From Candidatus Poribacteria bacterium (GTDB taxonomy: Bacteria > Poribacteria > WGA-4E > PCPOR2b), in NCBI GenBank assembly GCA_965116925.1, contig OZ220744.1, positions 5,888,001 to 5,952,000 on the forward strand: a DNA stretch of 64,000 nucleotides. The letters are read 5' to 3'. Shown here in pieces: positions 48,022-57,716 of the stretch. Both the position numbers and the translations under genes were made by a program. How positions within the stretch are numbered: position 1 is the first letter of the stretch; every line of letters begins with the position of its first letter. The notes beneath the pieces are model-generated. The model searched no databases, had not been told where the DNA came from, and saw only the letters and a program-made list of their open reading frames with translations.

Positions 48022-49242
48022 ATGAACAAGGTTGAGGGGGCACACTCCACAACAGATCAGACGCATCCTAATTTTCCGGATAGGACTACCATCCGGGCGT
48101 ACTATGTCGGTATGTTTCTCTACTGGGGCGCGCTATATGTCTACTCGCCGATTTTATCCGTATATGCTCAGTCGTTGGGTGCCTCGTTCACGACAGTGGG
48201 AATGGTTGTCGGGGCATACGGCTTCGTACAGATGTGGCTGCGAATTCCGTTGGGTGTATGGTCAGATCGGTTGGGACGGCGCTTGCCCTTTCTTTACGCT
48301 GGGCACTTTTTCAACCTCGTCGGGTGTTTAGGGCTTGCGATGGCACCGACACCGATGTACCTTGTGATCTTCCGTGGCGTGCTTGGTGTCAGTGCCGCCA
48401 CATGGGTTGCGTTCACTGTGCTATTCGCTAGTTACTTCCCGCCGAATCAGAGTCCCAAGGCGATGGGTGTTGTTACGGCTATCAATGGCATCTCGCTTAT
48501 TGTCGTCAATGGACTCGGCGGTCAAATCGCTCAGATGTGGGGGATGGGTGCTACGTTCTACGTTGGTGCGATTCTGGCGGCTATAGGTCTCATAGCAACC
48601 ATACCTATTAAGGAACATCGGGCGACGCGTCAACCTCCTACATTTCGACAAATATGGCGTGTCATCACACACCCTGCCCTGATGCTCATTGCGATTATCA
48701 CGGCACTCAATCACTACTCATTTTGGGCGACTACCTTTGGTTTTATTCCGCTCTATGCGGAGAATCTGGGGGCAAGCAAATTGGTGCTCGGCATCATTGG
48801 GGTAGCGGCGCTGGTGCCCTATACGTTAACCGCTCCGATGAACCATCACTTTGCTGCTCGCTTGGGCGAAAACCGCGCTGTTTTTGTGGGAATTATGGTG
48901 ATGGCGGCGACGATGCTTGTTGTCCCCTTAATCAACAATATCCCGCTGCTGGCAGTTTCCCAAGGCGCGAGCGGGTTTGGACGGGGGCTTGTGTACCCTT
49001 TGTTGATGGGACTGAGTATCCGAGAGATATCTGGTGAGGACCGGGCGACAGCAATGGGTGTGTTTCAAGCGGTGTATGCGATCGGTATGTTTTTGGGACC
49101 AATGACCGCTGGTGCCGTCGCCGATGTGGTAGGGCTTTCTGGGGCGTTCATCATTGCCGGCACGGTTTCAGTGATTGCAGCGATAGCAGCTTTAATCCTC
49201 TTGAGACGGACAAACGATCTCTCAAAACGTGGAGGGGCATAA
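48022..49242 (+). CDS. MFS transporter
   Basis: Motif A GVWSDRLGRR and about 12 TM segments. Confidence 0.92.
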   Translation: MNKVEGAHSTTDQTHPNFPDRTTIRAYYVGMFLYWGALYVYSPILSVYAQSLGASFTTVGMVVGAYGFVQMWLRIPLGVWSDRLGRRLPFLYAGHFFNLVGCLGLAMAPTPMYLVIFRGVLGVSAATWVAFTVLFASYFPPNQSPKAMGVVTAINGISLIVVNGLGGQIAQMWGMGATFYVGAILAAIGLIATIPIKEHRATRQPPTFRQIWRVITHPALMLIAIITALNHYSFWATTFGFIPLYAENLGASKLVLGIIGVAALVPYTLTAPMNHHFAARLGENRAVFVGIMVMAATMLVVPLINNIPLLAVSQGASGFGRGLVYPLLMGLSIREISGEDRATAMGVFQAVYAIGMFLGPMTAGAVADVVGLSGAFIIAGTVSVIAAIAALILLRRTNDLSKRGGA

Positions 49243-49259
49243 GCTTCAATCAGCACACA

Positions 49260-50063
49260 TCACAGTTTTCCGTCCGCCCGCATTCGGGCTCCATAGGCTT
49301 CGATCTCGGTTTTTTCCTCTGGCGTGAGTGTATGGCGATCGGACAGTGCGGAGGCAATCCGACTGAAGCGGGGCACGTTTCGCAAGCCCATGATAGTTAG
49401 ACCCACTGACTCATGGCTGAGGACATAGCGATAGAATTGTTCTTCTGCCGGCGCGCCTGCGCCATCGAAGAGTTTATCGTTTCGTGACGCATTCATAATC
49501 ACTACGCCGGTGTTATACTTGTGTGCCTCCGGAAACACGGTGCCCTCCGGCTCCTTCATGGCGCAATTGTACCAACATAACACAGTATCAAAAAATCCGG
49601 TCGCAACCGCCTGCCCGATCTGTTCCCAATCGTGACCCGTAACACCGATGAAGCGAATTAGTCCTTCCTCGCGCGCTTTTTGAACCGCTTCCAGCGCGCC
49701 ATCGGCTGCCAGCGCACGATTTCGTTCCTCTTCGGTGTTCAGATGGTGGAGTTGGTAGATGTCGATGTAATCTGTTCCCAATAGGCGCAGCGATGTTTCA
49801 AGATCCCGACGTGCCCCTGCGGCATCGCGCTGTTGAGTCTTGGTTGCTAGAATCAATTCATGCCGCCGTCCTTGGATGGCATTTCCGATAACCCTTTCGT
49901 CGTCTCCATCCCGATACGCTCGGGCTGTATCCATATAATTGACGCCACAGTCTAATGCGGTTCTATACCCATCAGCAGTTTCGCAATATGCACCGCCGGT
50001 GCCGAGTCGAGTTACGACCAATCCTGTTCGACCAAGAGTTGTTCGGGGAATCTGATCTGCCAT
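49260..50063 (-). CDS. Aldo/keto reductase
   Basis: DTARAY, LATK, LGTDYIDIYQLH and IGVTGH motifs. Confidence 0.9.
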   Translation of the reverse strand: MADQIPRTTLGRTGLVVTRLGTGGAYCETADGYRTALDCGVNYMDTARAYRDGDDERVIGNAIQGRRHELILATKTQQRDAAGARRDLETSLRLLGTDYIDIYQLHHLNTEEERNRALAADGALEAVQKAREEGLIRFIGVTGHDWEQIGQAVATGFFDTVLCWYNCAMKEPEGTVFPEAHKYNTGVVIMNASRNDKLFDGAGAPAEEQFYRYVLSHESVGLTIMGLRNVPRFSRIASALSDRHTLTPEEKTEIEAYGARMRADGKL

Positions 50064-50148
50064 GAGCGTACACCTCCGTGATTATCTTATCGTTCTAATC
50101 GCTATACACTTATTGACCTGCTGGAGTTGTGTCGGTTCATTAGTTCAT

Positions 50149-50425
50149 TATAGTAGATTTTAGAATTAATGGGACACGCCTCCCCGGTAGGTGCGGTTTG
50201 ATGAAGTTTAAGTATTTAAATCGGTAATCCCGATTTTCCTCGAAACATCCGGTAGGCGCGGTTTTATGAGATTTAAGTATTTAAATCGGTACTTCCGATT
50301 TCCCTCGAAACACACGGTAGGCGCGGTTTTCCCCCGCGCCGATGTCGCTAGCAAATTACCGAACTGTTTTTTTAATTTTCATCCAACCGCACCTACCGGG
50401 GGGACGCAATTTTGAATGCACTATA
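50149..50425. repeat. MITE family B copy with nested, tandemly duplicated interior
   Basis: TATAGTAGATTTTAGAATT...GAATGCACTATA; the REP palindrome is split by two ~64-bp tandem units. Confidence 0.7.
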
Positions 50426-50488
50426 ATTATACCTGTTTGTGAGGGTGTGTCAATCCAAAAGGTAAGATTGGGGTTCAAGGAAATCTGC

Positions 50489-50517
50489 TTGACATGCCAT
50501 CTATCAGTCGTTAAAAT
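50489..50517 (+). promoter_or_regulatory. Sigma70-type promoter
   Basis: TTGACA-17-TAAAAT upstream of 50583. Confidence 0.6.
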
Positions 50518-50582
50518 ATATCAGATCCCAACATGTTTCGCAACGTCTGTTAAAAATAACCGAGTACGAGGAGTTTCGCTAT

Positions 50583-50930
50583 ATGCCGACATACGAATAT
50601 AAATGCCTGGATTGTGGCATCCAGTTTGAGCGGTTTCAAGGTATTACCGAAGATCCCATCCAGGAATGTCCCGAATGTTCAGGTCAGACCAAGCGGTTAA
50701 TCGGTGCTGGTGCCGGGCTGATTTTTAAGGGTTCAGGCTTCTACATCACGGACTATCGCAGTGAAGGATACAAAGAGAGCGCGAAAAAAGACAAAGATTC
50801 GTCATCGAGCAGTGGTGGGGATAGCAAAAGTGGCGAGAGCAAAAGCGGAGATAGTAAAAGCGGCGATTCTAAATCTAGCAAGACAGAGAGCAGTGATTCT
50901 TCCAAATCGACTTCAGATGCAAGTGCTTGA
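50583..50930 (+). CDS. FmdB-family zinc ribbon protein
   Basis: MPTYEYKCxxC...CPEC...FKGSGFYITDY and a Ser/Gly/Asp/Lys-rich tail. Confidence 0.92.
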   Translation: MPTYEYKCLDCGIQFERFQGITEDPIQECPECSGQTKRLIGAGAGLIFKGSGFYITDYRSEGYKESAKKDKDSSSSSGGDSKSGESKSGDSKSGDSKSSKTESSDSSKSTSDASA

Positions 50931-51062
50931 GAGATGGTTCATAAGTAATTTCGTATTTCGTGGTGAACCATCCACCGGCACAATCAGCACCCTACGCATA
51001 GGCAACGCTCTCGCTATAGAGGATTGTCAGATGACCTTATCTATTAGCCGAAAGGGGAAAGC

Positions 51063-52028
51063 ATGGACCACACGCACCATCATCATGACCACGCGCATCA
51101 CCACCATGATGAAAAGGAAGATGGGCATCAACATAGTCATCAGCATCGCCTACAGGGAAAATTTCGATTCGCAGTCCTATTGACAACCTTTGTGCTCGTG
51201 ATCGAGGTAGTCGGGGGGATCCTGTCGAACAGTTTGGCATTGTTGAGCGATGCAGCACATGTTTTCTCAGATTCTCTGTCGCTGATTATGAGTTGGCTGG
51301 CGATCTATTTGTCGACCCGCCCGGCAACTAGCTCACGCACCTATGGCTATCACCGGACAGAGGTATTCGCTGCGTTCATCAACGGGGTTTCACTGATTGC
51401 GATCTCTAGCTGGATATTTTACGAAGCTGTCCACCGGTTTATCGAACCTGAACCCGTTAAGAGCAAAGAGATGCTCGTCGTGGCGATTATCGGATTTATC
51501 GCAAATATGCTCATTGTCTGGCTATTTCACGGTGAAGGGCATAAAAGCCTCAATGTGCGGAGTGCGGTACTTCATGTCATTGGAGATGCGCTCGCTTCCG
51601 TCGGCGTCATCGTAGGCGGGGCGATAATATATTGGACCAGTTGGTTCATTGTTGATCCAATTCTGAGCTGCGGTATTGGTCTGGTGGTCTTGATTGGTGC
51701 GGTCAGGGTTACGAAAGAAGCAGTTCACATCTTGTTGGAAGGGTCTCCAAAACATGCGGATGCCCACAAAGTGGCGGCGTGCATCAGTGCTATCGATTCA
51801 GTTAAGGATGTCCATGACATGCACATTTGGTCTTTATGCTCTAATTATTTGGCGTTGAGCACGCATGTGTCGATCGCTGAGGACGCAAGCAAATCCTCAC
51901 ACGAATTACGGCAGGAGATTAACGACAAACTACAAGTGCAATTTGGTATTTTCCACACGACAATTCAGATTGAACAGCCCGGTTGTCCCCACGAGGGAAA
52001 TCTGCTGTGTAACGCATCCCACCACTGA
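51063..52028 (+). CDS. Cation diffusion facilitator (CzcD/ZitB-like)
   Basis: His-rich N-terminus, SLALLSDAAH, LHVIGD, HDMHIW and HTTIQIE motifs. Confidence 0.93.
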   Translation: MDHTHHHHDHAHHHHDEKEDGHQHSHQHRLQGKFRFAVLLTTFVLVIEVVGGILSNSLALLSDAAHVFSDSLSLIMSWLAIYLSTRPATSSRTYGYHRTEVFAAFINGVSLIAISSWIFYEAVHRFIEPEPVKSKEMLVVAIIGFIANMLIVWLFHGEGHKSLNVRSAVLHVIGDALASVGVIVGGAIIYWTSWFIVDPILSCGIGLVVLIGAVRVTKEAVHILLEGSPKHADAHKVAACISAIDSVKDVHDMHIWSLCSNYLALSTHVSIAEDASKSSHELRQEINDKLQVQFGIFHTTIQIEQPGCPHEGNLLCNASHH

Positions 52029-52066
52029 GACGTGATGCGTAAACGATCCGGGGCTCATTAATGAAC

Positions 52067-52169
52067 TATAGTAAATTCAAAAAATAAAGAAACACTTGCG
52101 CCTCCCCGGTAGGTGCGGTTTGTAACCGCACCGGTTTGGCGTGTCCCATTAATTCTAAAATCTACTATA
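52067..52169. repeat. MITE family B copy
   Basis: TATAGTAAATTC...AATTCTAAAATCTACTATA with GGTAGGTGCGGTTTGTAACCGCACC inside. Confidence 0.75.
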
Positions 52170-52195
52170 ATGTACCAATGAACTCTTGAACAAAG

Positions 52196-53365
52196 TTAGT
52201 ATGACCGAGGCAAGTCCAATACGTGAGTGGCGAGATAGGCGAGAACAAGGTTGTTATTGACTGGTGCCACTTGATAGAGCCGCGTCTCCCGAAACTTGCG
52301 CTCCACATCGTATTCATCGACAAAGCCGTAGCCGCCGTGCGTGTCGAGGCAGATATTGGCTGCCTGCCAACTCGCCTCAGAGGCGAGCAATTTTGCCATG
52401 TTCGCTTCTGCCCCACAGGAGGCGTTGGTATCGAAGAGCCAAGCGGCTTTGTAGCGGACCAGATCTGCTGCGACGGTCGCTGCATAAGCGCGGACAATGG
52501 GGAACTGCACGCCTTGGTTGCGACCAATCGGAGCCTCAAAGACCTCTCGTTCACGGGCATAGGTGCTCGCCCGATCAACAAACCAGTAGCCATCACCGAT
52601 GGCTTCCGCTGCCAACAGGATGCGCTCGGCGTTCCAGCCGTCGATGACGTAGCGGAAGCCGCGTCCCTCCTCGCCAATCAAACTATCGAGCGGCAACCGT
52701 AGATCGCGGAACCAGACTTGGTAGGTTGCGTAGTTGAACATGGTGCGGACAGGCTGCACTTCTAATGCTCCTTTTTGCCGACGTGCATCGCGTAAATCGA
52801 TCAGGAATAGGCTGAGTCCGTCCGTCCGCTTGTCGACGGATTCGCGGGGTGTTGTGCGTGCCAACAGGAGAAGTAGGTCTGATTGCTCGATGCGGCTAGT
52901 CCAGTTCTTGTGACCGTTGACGATGTATGCCGAGCCCTCACGCCGGGCAAGGGTGCGGATGCTGGGAGTATCAGAGCCTGCTTCCGCTTCGGTGACTGAA
53001 AATGCCTGTAACCGCAGCTCGCCGCTAGCGATAGATGGGAGCCAATGCTCCTTCTGTGCATCGCTGCCGTGGCGAAGTAACGCGCCCATGAGATACATCT
53101 GTGCATGAAACGCCGCCGAGTTTCCACCCGAACGATTGATCTCCTCCAACACAATGCTCGCCTCTGTCACACCCAAGCCAAGCCCGCCGTATTCTTCTGG
53201 AATCAGAATTGAAAGAAAGCCAGCTTCTGTGAGTGCCTTGACAAAGGCTTGTGGATACGCACGCTCACGGTCAGTTTCGCGCCAGTAAGTATCGGGGAAT
53301 TGAGCGCAGAAGTCGCGGACGCGCTCTCGGAGGGCTTCGTGTTCAGGTGAGAGTCGAAAATCCAT
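52196..53365 (-). CDS. Acyl-CoA dehydrogenase
   Basis: IPEEYGGLG, VTEAEAGSD, NGHKNW, QGVQF and HGGYGF motifs. Confidence 0.95.
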   Translation of the reverse strand: MDFRLSPEHEALRERVRDFCAQFPDTYWRETDRERAYPQAFVKALTEAGFLSILIPEEYGGLGLGVTEASIVLEEINRSGGNSAAFHAQMYLMGALLRHGSDAQKEHWLPSIASGELRLQAFSVTEAEAGSDTPSIRTLARREGSAYIVNGHKNWTSRIEQSDLLLLLARTTPRESVDKRTDGLSLFLIDLRDARRQKGALEVQPVRTMFNYATYQVWFRDLRLPLDSLIGEEGRGFRYVIDGWNAERILLAAEAIGDGYWFVDRASTYAREREVFEAPIGRNQGVQFPIVRAYAATVAADLVRYKAAWLFDTNASCGAEANMAKLLASEASWQAANICLDTHGGYGFVDEYDVERKFRETRLYQVAPVNNNLVLAYLATHVLDLPRSY

Positions 53366-53547
53366 CGTATATCCCTTTCTAGTCGGAGAACCGTCAACGT
53401 TCTGACAATTCTTGCGTTCCTAGTTTGTATCTTATCACACGCCTCGTGGGATTACAAGATAGATCTTGGCGGTTGTGCAACGCCTACGATGGTACTGTAT
53501 ACCGAACACGTAATGCGTAAAGAAGAGATATTACGTATTTTATTTTT

Positions 53548-53761
53548 GGTTCATATCAAAAGCAAGTGCAAAATGCGAAGAGAAACCGAGTTTTTCCGAA
53601 AAAACTCGATTTCTTTGTACTATTTCTTAACGGCTTATGTTAAGAATTAGTGCAAAAGCATTGACTTACCTCAAAAACCGTAGGCGGGGCATCTTGCCCC
53701 GCCGTCAACGCGTTCATCGTAATTGCACTCCGTTTTTACATGAGCCTTCTTAACATGAGCC
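53548..53761. mobile_element. Two nested MITE family A copies
   Basis: Inner copy 53632-53746 flanked by the TTCTTAAC duplication inside the outer copy's terminus. Confidence 0.85.
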
Positions 53762-53841
53762 AATTATGATAGTATCTATTGAATTGACGAACGGAGATGG
53801 GCTATAATTCAGGGAGAAAACCGGCGGGAGGGTTTCAAATT

Positions 53842-56331
53842 ATGTTCAAACTACGATCCCCCAAATGGCTATTTTGCTTTATACTTGTGACATTGATGGT
53901 GGTGTGCTTGCAGTTCCTTCTTCCCCTGTCAGAGGGGCAATTGATACAATGGCCCCCAACGCCAGAGAGTCAATTGATACGATGGCCGCCTGTGATTTGG
54001 CCGACACTGACGGAGAACCTAATTGGTGAGGATGGAAGTAAGGTCATGATAGTGTATCTACCACCAAGCTACGAGTTTACCGAAAAGCGCTACCCCGTCA
54101 TCTATGTGCTACATGGGTTCGGCGGAGATTCAAATAGCCTAACCCGAAAAATGAAATCAGCGATGGACCGTATGATTCTTAGCGAGGAAATTCAGGAAGT
54201 AATCGCTGTGTTTGTCGATGGATCGAATCGGTTTGGTGGGAGTCAGTATCTCAGTTCGCCAACGATCGGCGATTATGAAACGTACATCAGGAGGGATTTA
54301 GTTAATTTCATTGATAAGCAGTACCGAACAATACCCCATCGGGACAGTCGCGGCATTACAGGGTTTTCGATGGGCGCGTACGGTTCAATGCACCTTTCGC
54401 TTAAATATCCAGAGGTATTTGGTGTGGCTGTTGCACAAGCAGGTACTTATAAATTTGACGATGATTTGATAAAGTCTTTTACGGAGAAGGGGGGCGTTGT
54501 CCTAACCCTCCTGGAACCGCTGAAACAGAAATCTGGGGACGAATTTTGGAACGCACTGGAAGACTTAGCCAATTCGGATGCATTGCAGAAAGTTAGCCTA
54601 CCGTTTCGGAGTGGTCTGGCGTATTTAGCGGGGGTTGCTTCCAATCCTGATAACCCTCCCTGCTATCTAGATTTGCCATACAGATTAAGAACAGGTGTGC
54701 CTCCGTGGGAGCGTGATGAGGCGGTTTGGGAACAGATTCTTGAGAATGACGTCATTCATGAATTAGATCGGTACTTGAACAGATTAAGGCAAAATCCACA
54801 ACAACCGGTGCGGTTGAATGGGATTAAGTTGGTTCATGGTCTTGAAGACGAGAAGGCGTTGTTCAGACAGGCGGAATCATTGGATCAGAGGTTGACGGAG
54901 CTTGGCATTGACCATGAGTTTGTAGCACATGACGGTGGACACACATTCATCGCGGAGGAGTCACTGGAATTTATGGCGAAACATCTGGCATTTGAATCGC
55001 CGCCTATTACCCCTGATGGATCCGGCACAGCTACGGTTTCACCGTATGCTATTGCGGCGCATAGCATTGGCAATGAAATTGTAATTACCTATACCGCTGA
55101 GGGGATGATGCGCCGCGGTGCCCTTACGGTTCACATTCCGTCAGGTTGGACATTGCCGCAGGATGTTGCAGGGATTCCCGGATACACAACCGTTACCTCA
55201 ACCGGCACTATCGGCGATATAACATTCGCCAACCAAAGGATTGGGGTCGATATTCAGACTTTGATGCCCGACGACACAATAACGCTTATCTATGGGAATG
55301 GTGGATATGATTCAGGAGTAACGGTGCCGGGGAATCAATTCTCAACCTTTATCATCAGTGTTGCCTCAACATCGGATGGGATTTTGACGCTGATTAAACA
55401 GAGTCCGGTTATTGATGTTTACCTAGATCCATGGGATGTGAATGGCGATGGGACTGTGGGGCTCCTTGATTTGATTGTCGTAGGGTCTGAATTGGGAAAG
55501 GTGATAGATGGGGTGGTTTTCGGTCAAAACCCGGACGTGAACCGAGATGGACTTGTGAACTTATTTGACCTTATTACTGTCGGGGCTCATTTTGGGGAGA
55601 CTGTCGGCAGTCCAGCAGCACCTGAACATCCCTCTACCCCTATATCAGCGACAATCAAATTCGGGAATCCCCGGTTTTTGGAGAATCGTCTCCTGCTCGA
55701 TCTGATGATTGAAACGGCTGTGCCCTTTGTGGGCTACCATATCCGGGTCGCGCCGGAGCGGCTTTTGAGAGTTGATCTGGACAGAAGTGAGAACGATGTA
55801 TTCCGTTTAGAGGAGGTCGCTCAATCCGGAACGTTAGTGGGTACGAAACTGAGCGCGGGGCACCCGTGGCACGGTCGGGTACGGCTCGCCACGCTGGAAT
55901 TGGAAGCGAATCGTTCGGGAGATGCAGTGCCTGTCCTAAACTCCAGGATTTCTGTGGAGGCAGCGCATCTCGTTTCTGTAGACGGACAGACCATCGGCGT
56001 TGGCGTGGAGCCATTTTTTATGAATCCGTTGCGCCCTCTCCAGACGGGAGTGTTCGCCAACTATCCCAATCCGTTCAACCCGGAGACGTGGATTCCCTTC
56101 CAACTGCACAAGGATGTGCATGTCCGCATCACTATTTATGATGTTTTGGGGCGTAAGGTTCGGAGATTTGATTTGGGTTATCTGCCCGCCGGTTACTACA
56201 AAACGCGCGAGCGCGCCGTGTATTGGGATGGTCGCAACGACGTGAACGAGCGGGTCGCCAGTGGGACTTACCTTTACCGCTTGGAAGCGGGTGATTTTGT
56301 TGGGGCGCGCCGGATGGTAGTCTTAAAATAA
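53842..56331 (+). CDS. Secreted esterase with dockerin/EF-hand-like repeats and a FlgD-like C-terminal domain
   Basis: VYLPPSY, GFSMG nucleophile, DVNGDGTV and DVNRDGLV repeats, NYPNPFNPETWIP...YWDGRN tail. Confidence 0.88.
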   Translation: MFKLRSPKWLFCFILVTLMVVCLQFLLPLSEGQLIQWPPTPESQLIRWPPVIWPTLTENLIGEDGSKVMIVYLPPSYEFTEKRYPVIYVLHGFGGDSNSLTRKMKSAMDRMILSEEIQEVIAVFVDGSNRFGGSQYLSSPTIGDYETYIRRDLVNFIDKQYRTIPHRDSRGITGFSMGAYGSMHLSLKYPEVFGVAVAQAGTYKFDDDLIKSFTEKGGVVLTLLEPLKQKSGDEFWNALEDLANSDALQKVSLPFRSGLAYLAGVASNPDNPPCYLDLPYRLRTGVPPWERDEAVWEQILENDVIHELDRYLNRLRQNPQQPVRLNGIKLVHGLEDEKALFRQAESLDQRLTELGIDHEFVAHDGGHTFIAEESLEFMAKHLAFESPPITPDGSGTATVSPYAIAAHSIGNEIVITYTAEGMMRRGALTVHIPSGWTLPQDVAGIPGYTTVTSTGTIGDITFANQRIGVDIQTLMPDDTITLIYGNGGYDSGVTVPGNQFSTFIISVASTSDGILTLIKQSPVIDVYLDPWDVNGDGTVGLLDLIVVGSELGKVIDGVVFGQNPDVNRDGLVNLFDLITVGAHFGETVGSPAAPEHPSTPISATIKFGNPRFLENRLLLDLMIETAVPFVGYHIRVAPERLLRVDLDRSENDVFRLEEVAQSGTLVGTKLSAGHPWHGRVRLATLELEANRSGDAVPVLNSRISVEAAHLVSVDGQTIGVGVEPFFMNPLRPLQTGVFANYPNPFNPETWIPFQLHKDVHVRITIYDVLGRKVRRFDLGYLPAGYYKTRERAVYWDGRNDVNERVASGTYLYRLEAGDFVGARRMVVLK

Positions 56332-56402
56332 TGCGAGTTGTGACGGTGCGATATAACTACCGCCCCGGTATTGGCTTGAAACGGCTTATCTGACAAATTT
56401 TG

Positions 56403-57533
56403 TCAGTCTTGAGCTTCCGTTGTACTCAAAACTAATGGTGTTTTCGCCAACTCTGCGTCTAATATGCGAATATCCGCCGTTACCTTCTGTTCAGCGAGCC
56501 ACGCTTCTCTGCGTTCCTGTAGTGCTTGCCCGATAAGTTTGTCCTGAATTTCTTGGCTGACTTCTGGATATGTTTTCTGGCGAGGCAGTTCTTTTTTAAG
56601 CAGTTTGGCGATGAGATAACCTTCAGGTGTGGGGATGGGTTGGATAACTTCGTTAATTTCTAAGCTAGCTATTACTAACTGAGCCTCCGCATCGATTGGA
56701 AGTGTCTGCGGTTCTGGAACAATCTGAAGAATCGGATTATTGGGATAAGTTTCCTGAATTTCCTGAAAGGTTGCACCCTCTTTCAACTGGGCAGTGATTG
56801 TCTCGGCAAGGGCCTTGGCTTTGGCTTGCAGATCTGCTGGGTCGCTAGGTTTTGAACGGACCAAGACATGCTGAAATTGAATCTGTGCGGGTTCAATAAA
56901 TTCTGATCGATGTAGTTCAAAATATTGGGGAGCCTCTTGATTGATTTGTTCGTCGTCAATACTGTTGCGAAATTGGCGGATGGTTAGTGCGTTCACAATT
57001 AAGCCATTCCTCACTCGCTCTTCTACTTCTTGATATTCCAATCCCATCCGCTTCAGATCAACCAAGTACGATGCCTCGCTGCTATACACGGATTTCAGTG
57101 CTTGAATTTCTGCATCCACCTTTTTCCCCCAGCTCCAAAGCAGCATTCCGATATCGTCCGCCTGCTGTAACATCAGTTTCTGCTCGATGAGCGTTTCTAA
57201 AACTGATCGTTTAACTGTATTCGGGGGATTCTTAATTTCTTGAAAAGTTGGCTGGTTGTCTTGTTCACGTAGGATTAGCGGATTATTGATAACGGCGATA
57301 ATGATTAGTTCGGTCTCCAGTTCGTGTCGCGTGATTGGCTGATCGTTGACGACGGCGATCACATAATCGAGGGTTCTCTCCTTGCTGAATCCGTTTGATG
57401 GGCTAGCGATAAGAGCGAGGCAGAGCACAATATAGCATGTGATGTGTAATGTGTAAAACGGAGAACACAATACGTCAGTGTGCTTCCCATCTTTCTTTCT
57501 TTGATTCTCGGCTGAGCGTCCAAGCCTTTCCAT
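56403..57533 (-). CDS. SurA/PpiC-like chaperone
   Basis: IAVVNDQPIT SurA N-domain and a parvulin-like QHVLV segment. Confidence 0.75.
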   Translation of the reverse strand: MERLGRSAENQRKKDGKHTDVLCSPFYTLHITCYIVLCLALIASPSNGFSKERTLDYVIAVVNDQPITRHELETELIIIAVINNPLILREQDNQPTFQEIKNPPNTVKRSVLETLIEQKLMLQQADDIGMLLWSWGKKVDAEIQALKSVYSSEASYLVDLKRMGLEYQEVEERVRNGLIVNALTIRQFRNSIDDEQINQEAPQYFELHRSEFIEPAQIQFQHVLVRSKPSDPADLQAKAKALAETITAQLKEGATFQEIQETYPNNPILQIVPEPQTLPIDAEAQLVIASLEINEVIQPIPTPEGYLIAKLLKKELPRQKTYPEVSQEIQDKLIGQALQERREAWLAEQKVTADIRILDAELAKTPLVLSTTEAQD

Positions 57534-57716
57534 CTCCGTCCCCCTGCCCGTATTTGATTCTAACGGATGTTGTCATTCCTCTGACAGCAATTCGATAGTA
57601 GAATTATATTCGTTCAATATCTGCCTGTCAATTAGAAGTTTTCACGGTTGATAGAATCAACTGGCTATGCTATCATATAGTGTAACGATTTCGGTTGGAA
57701 AGAGAGGTGGAAGATT

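Noticed and set aside
50810..50900. SGDSK-type 15-bp repeats
   Set aside because: This is an ordinary low-complexity tail of FmdB-family proteins.
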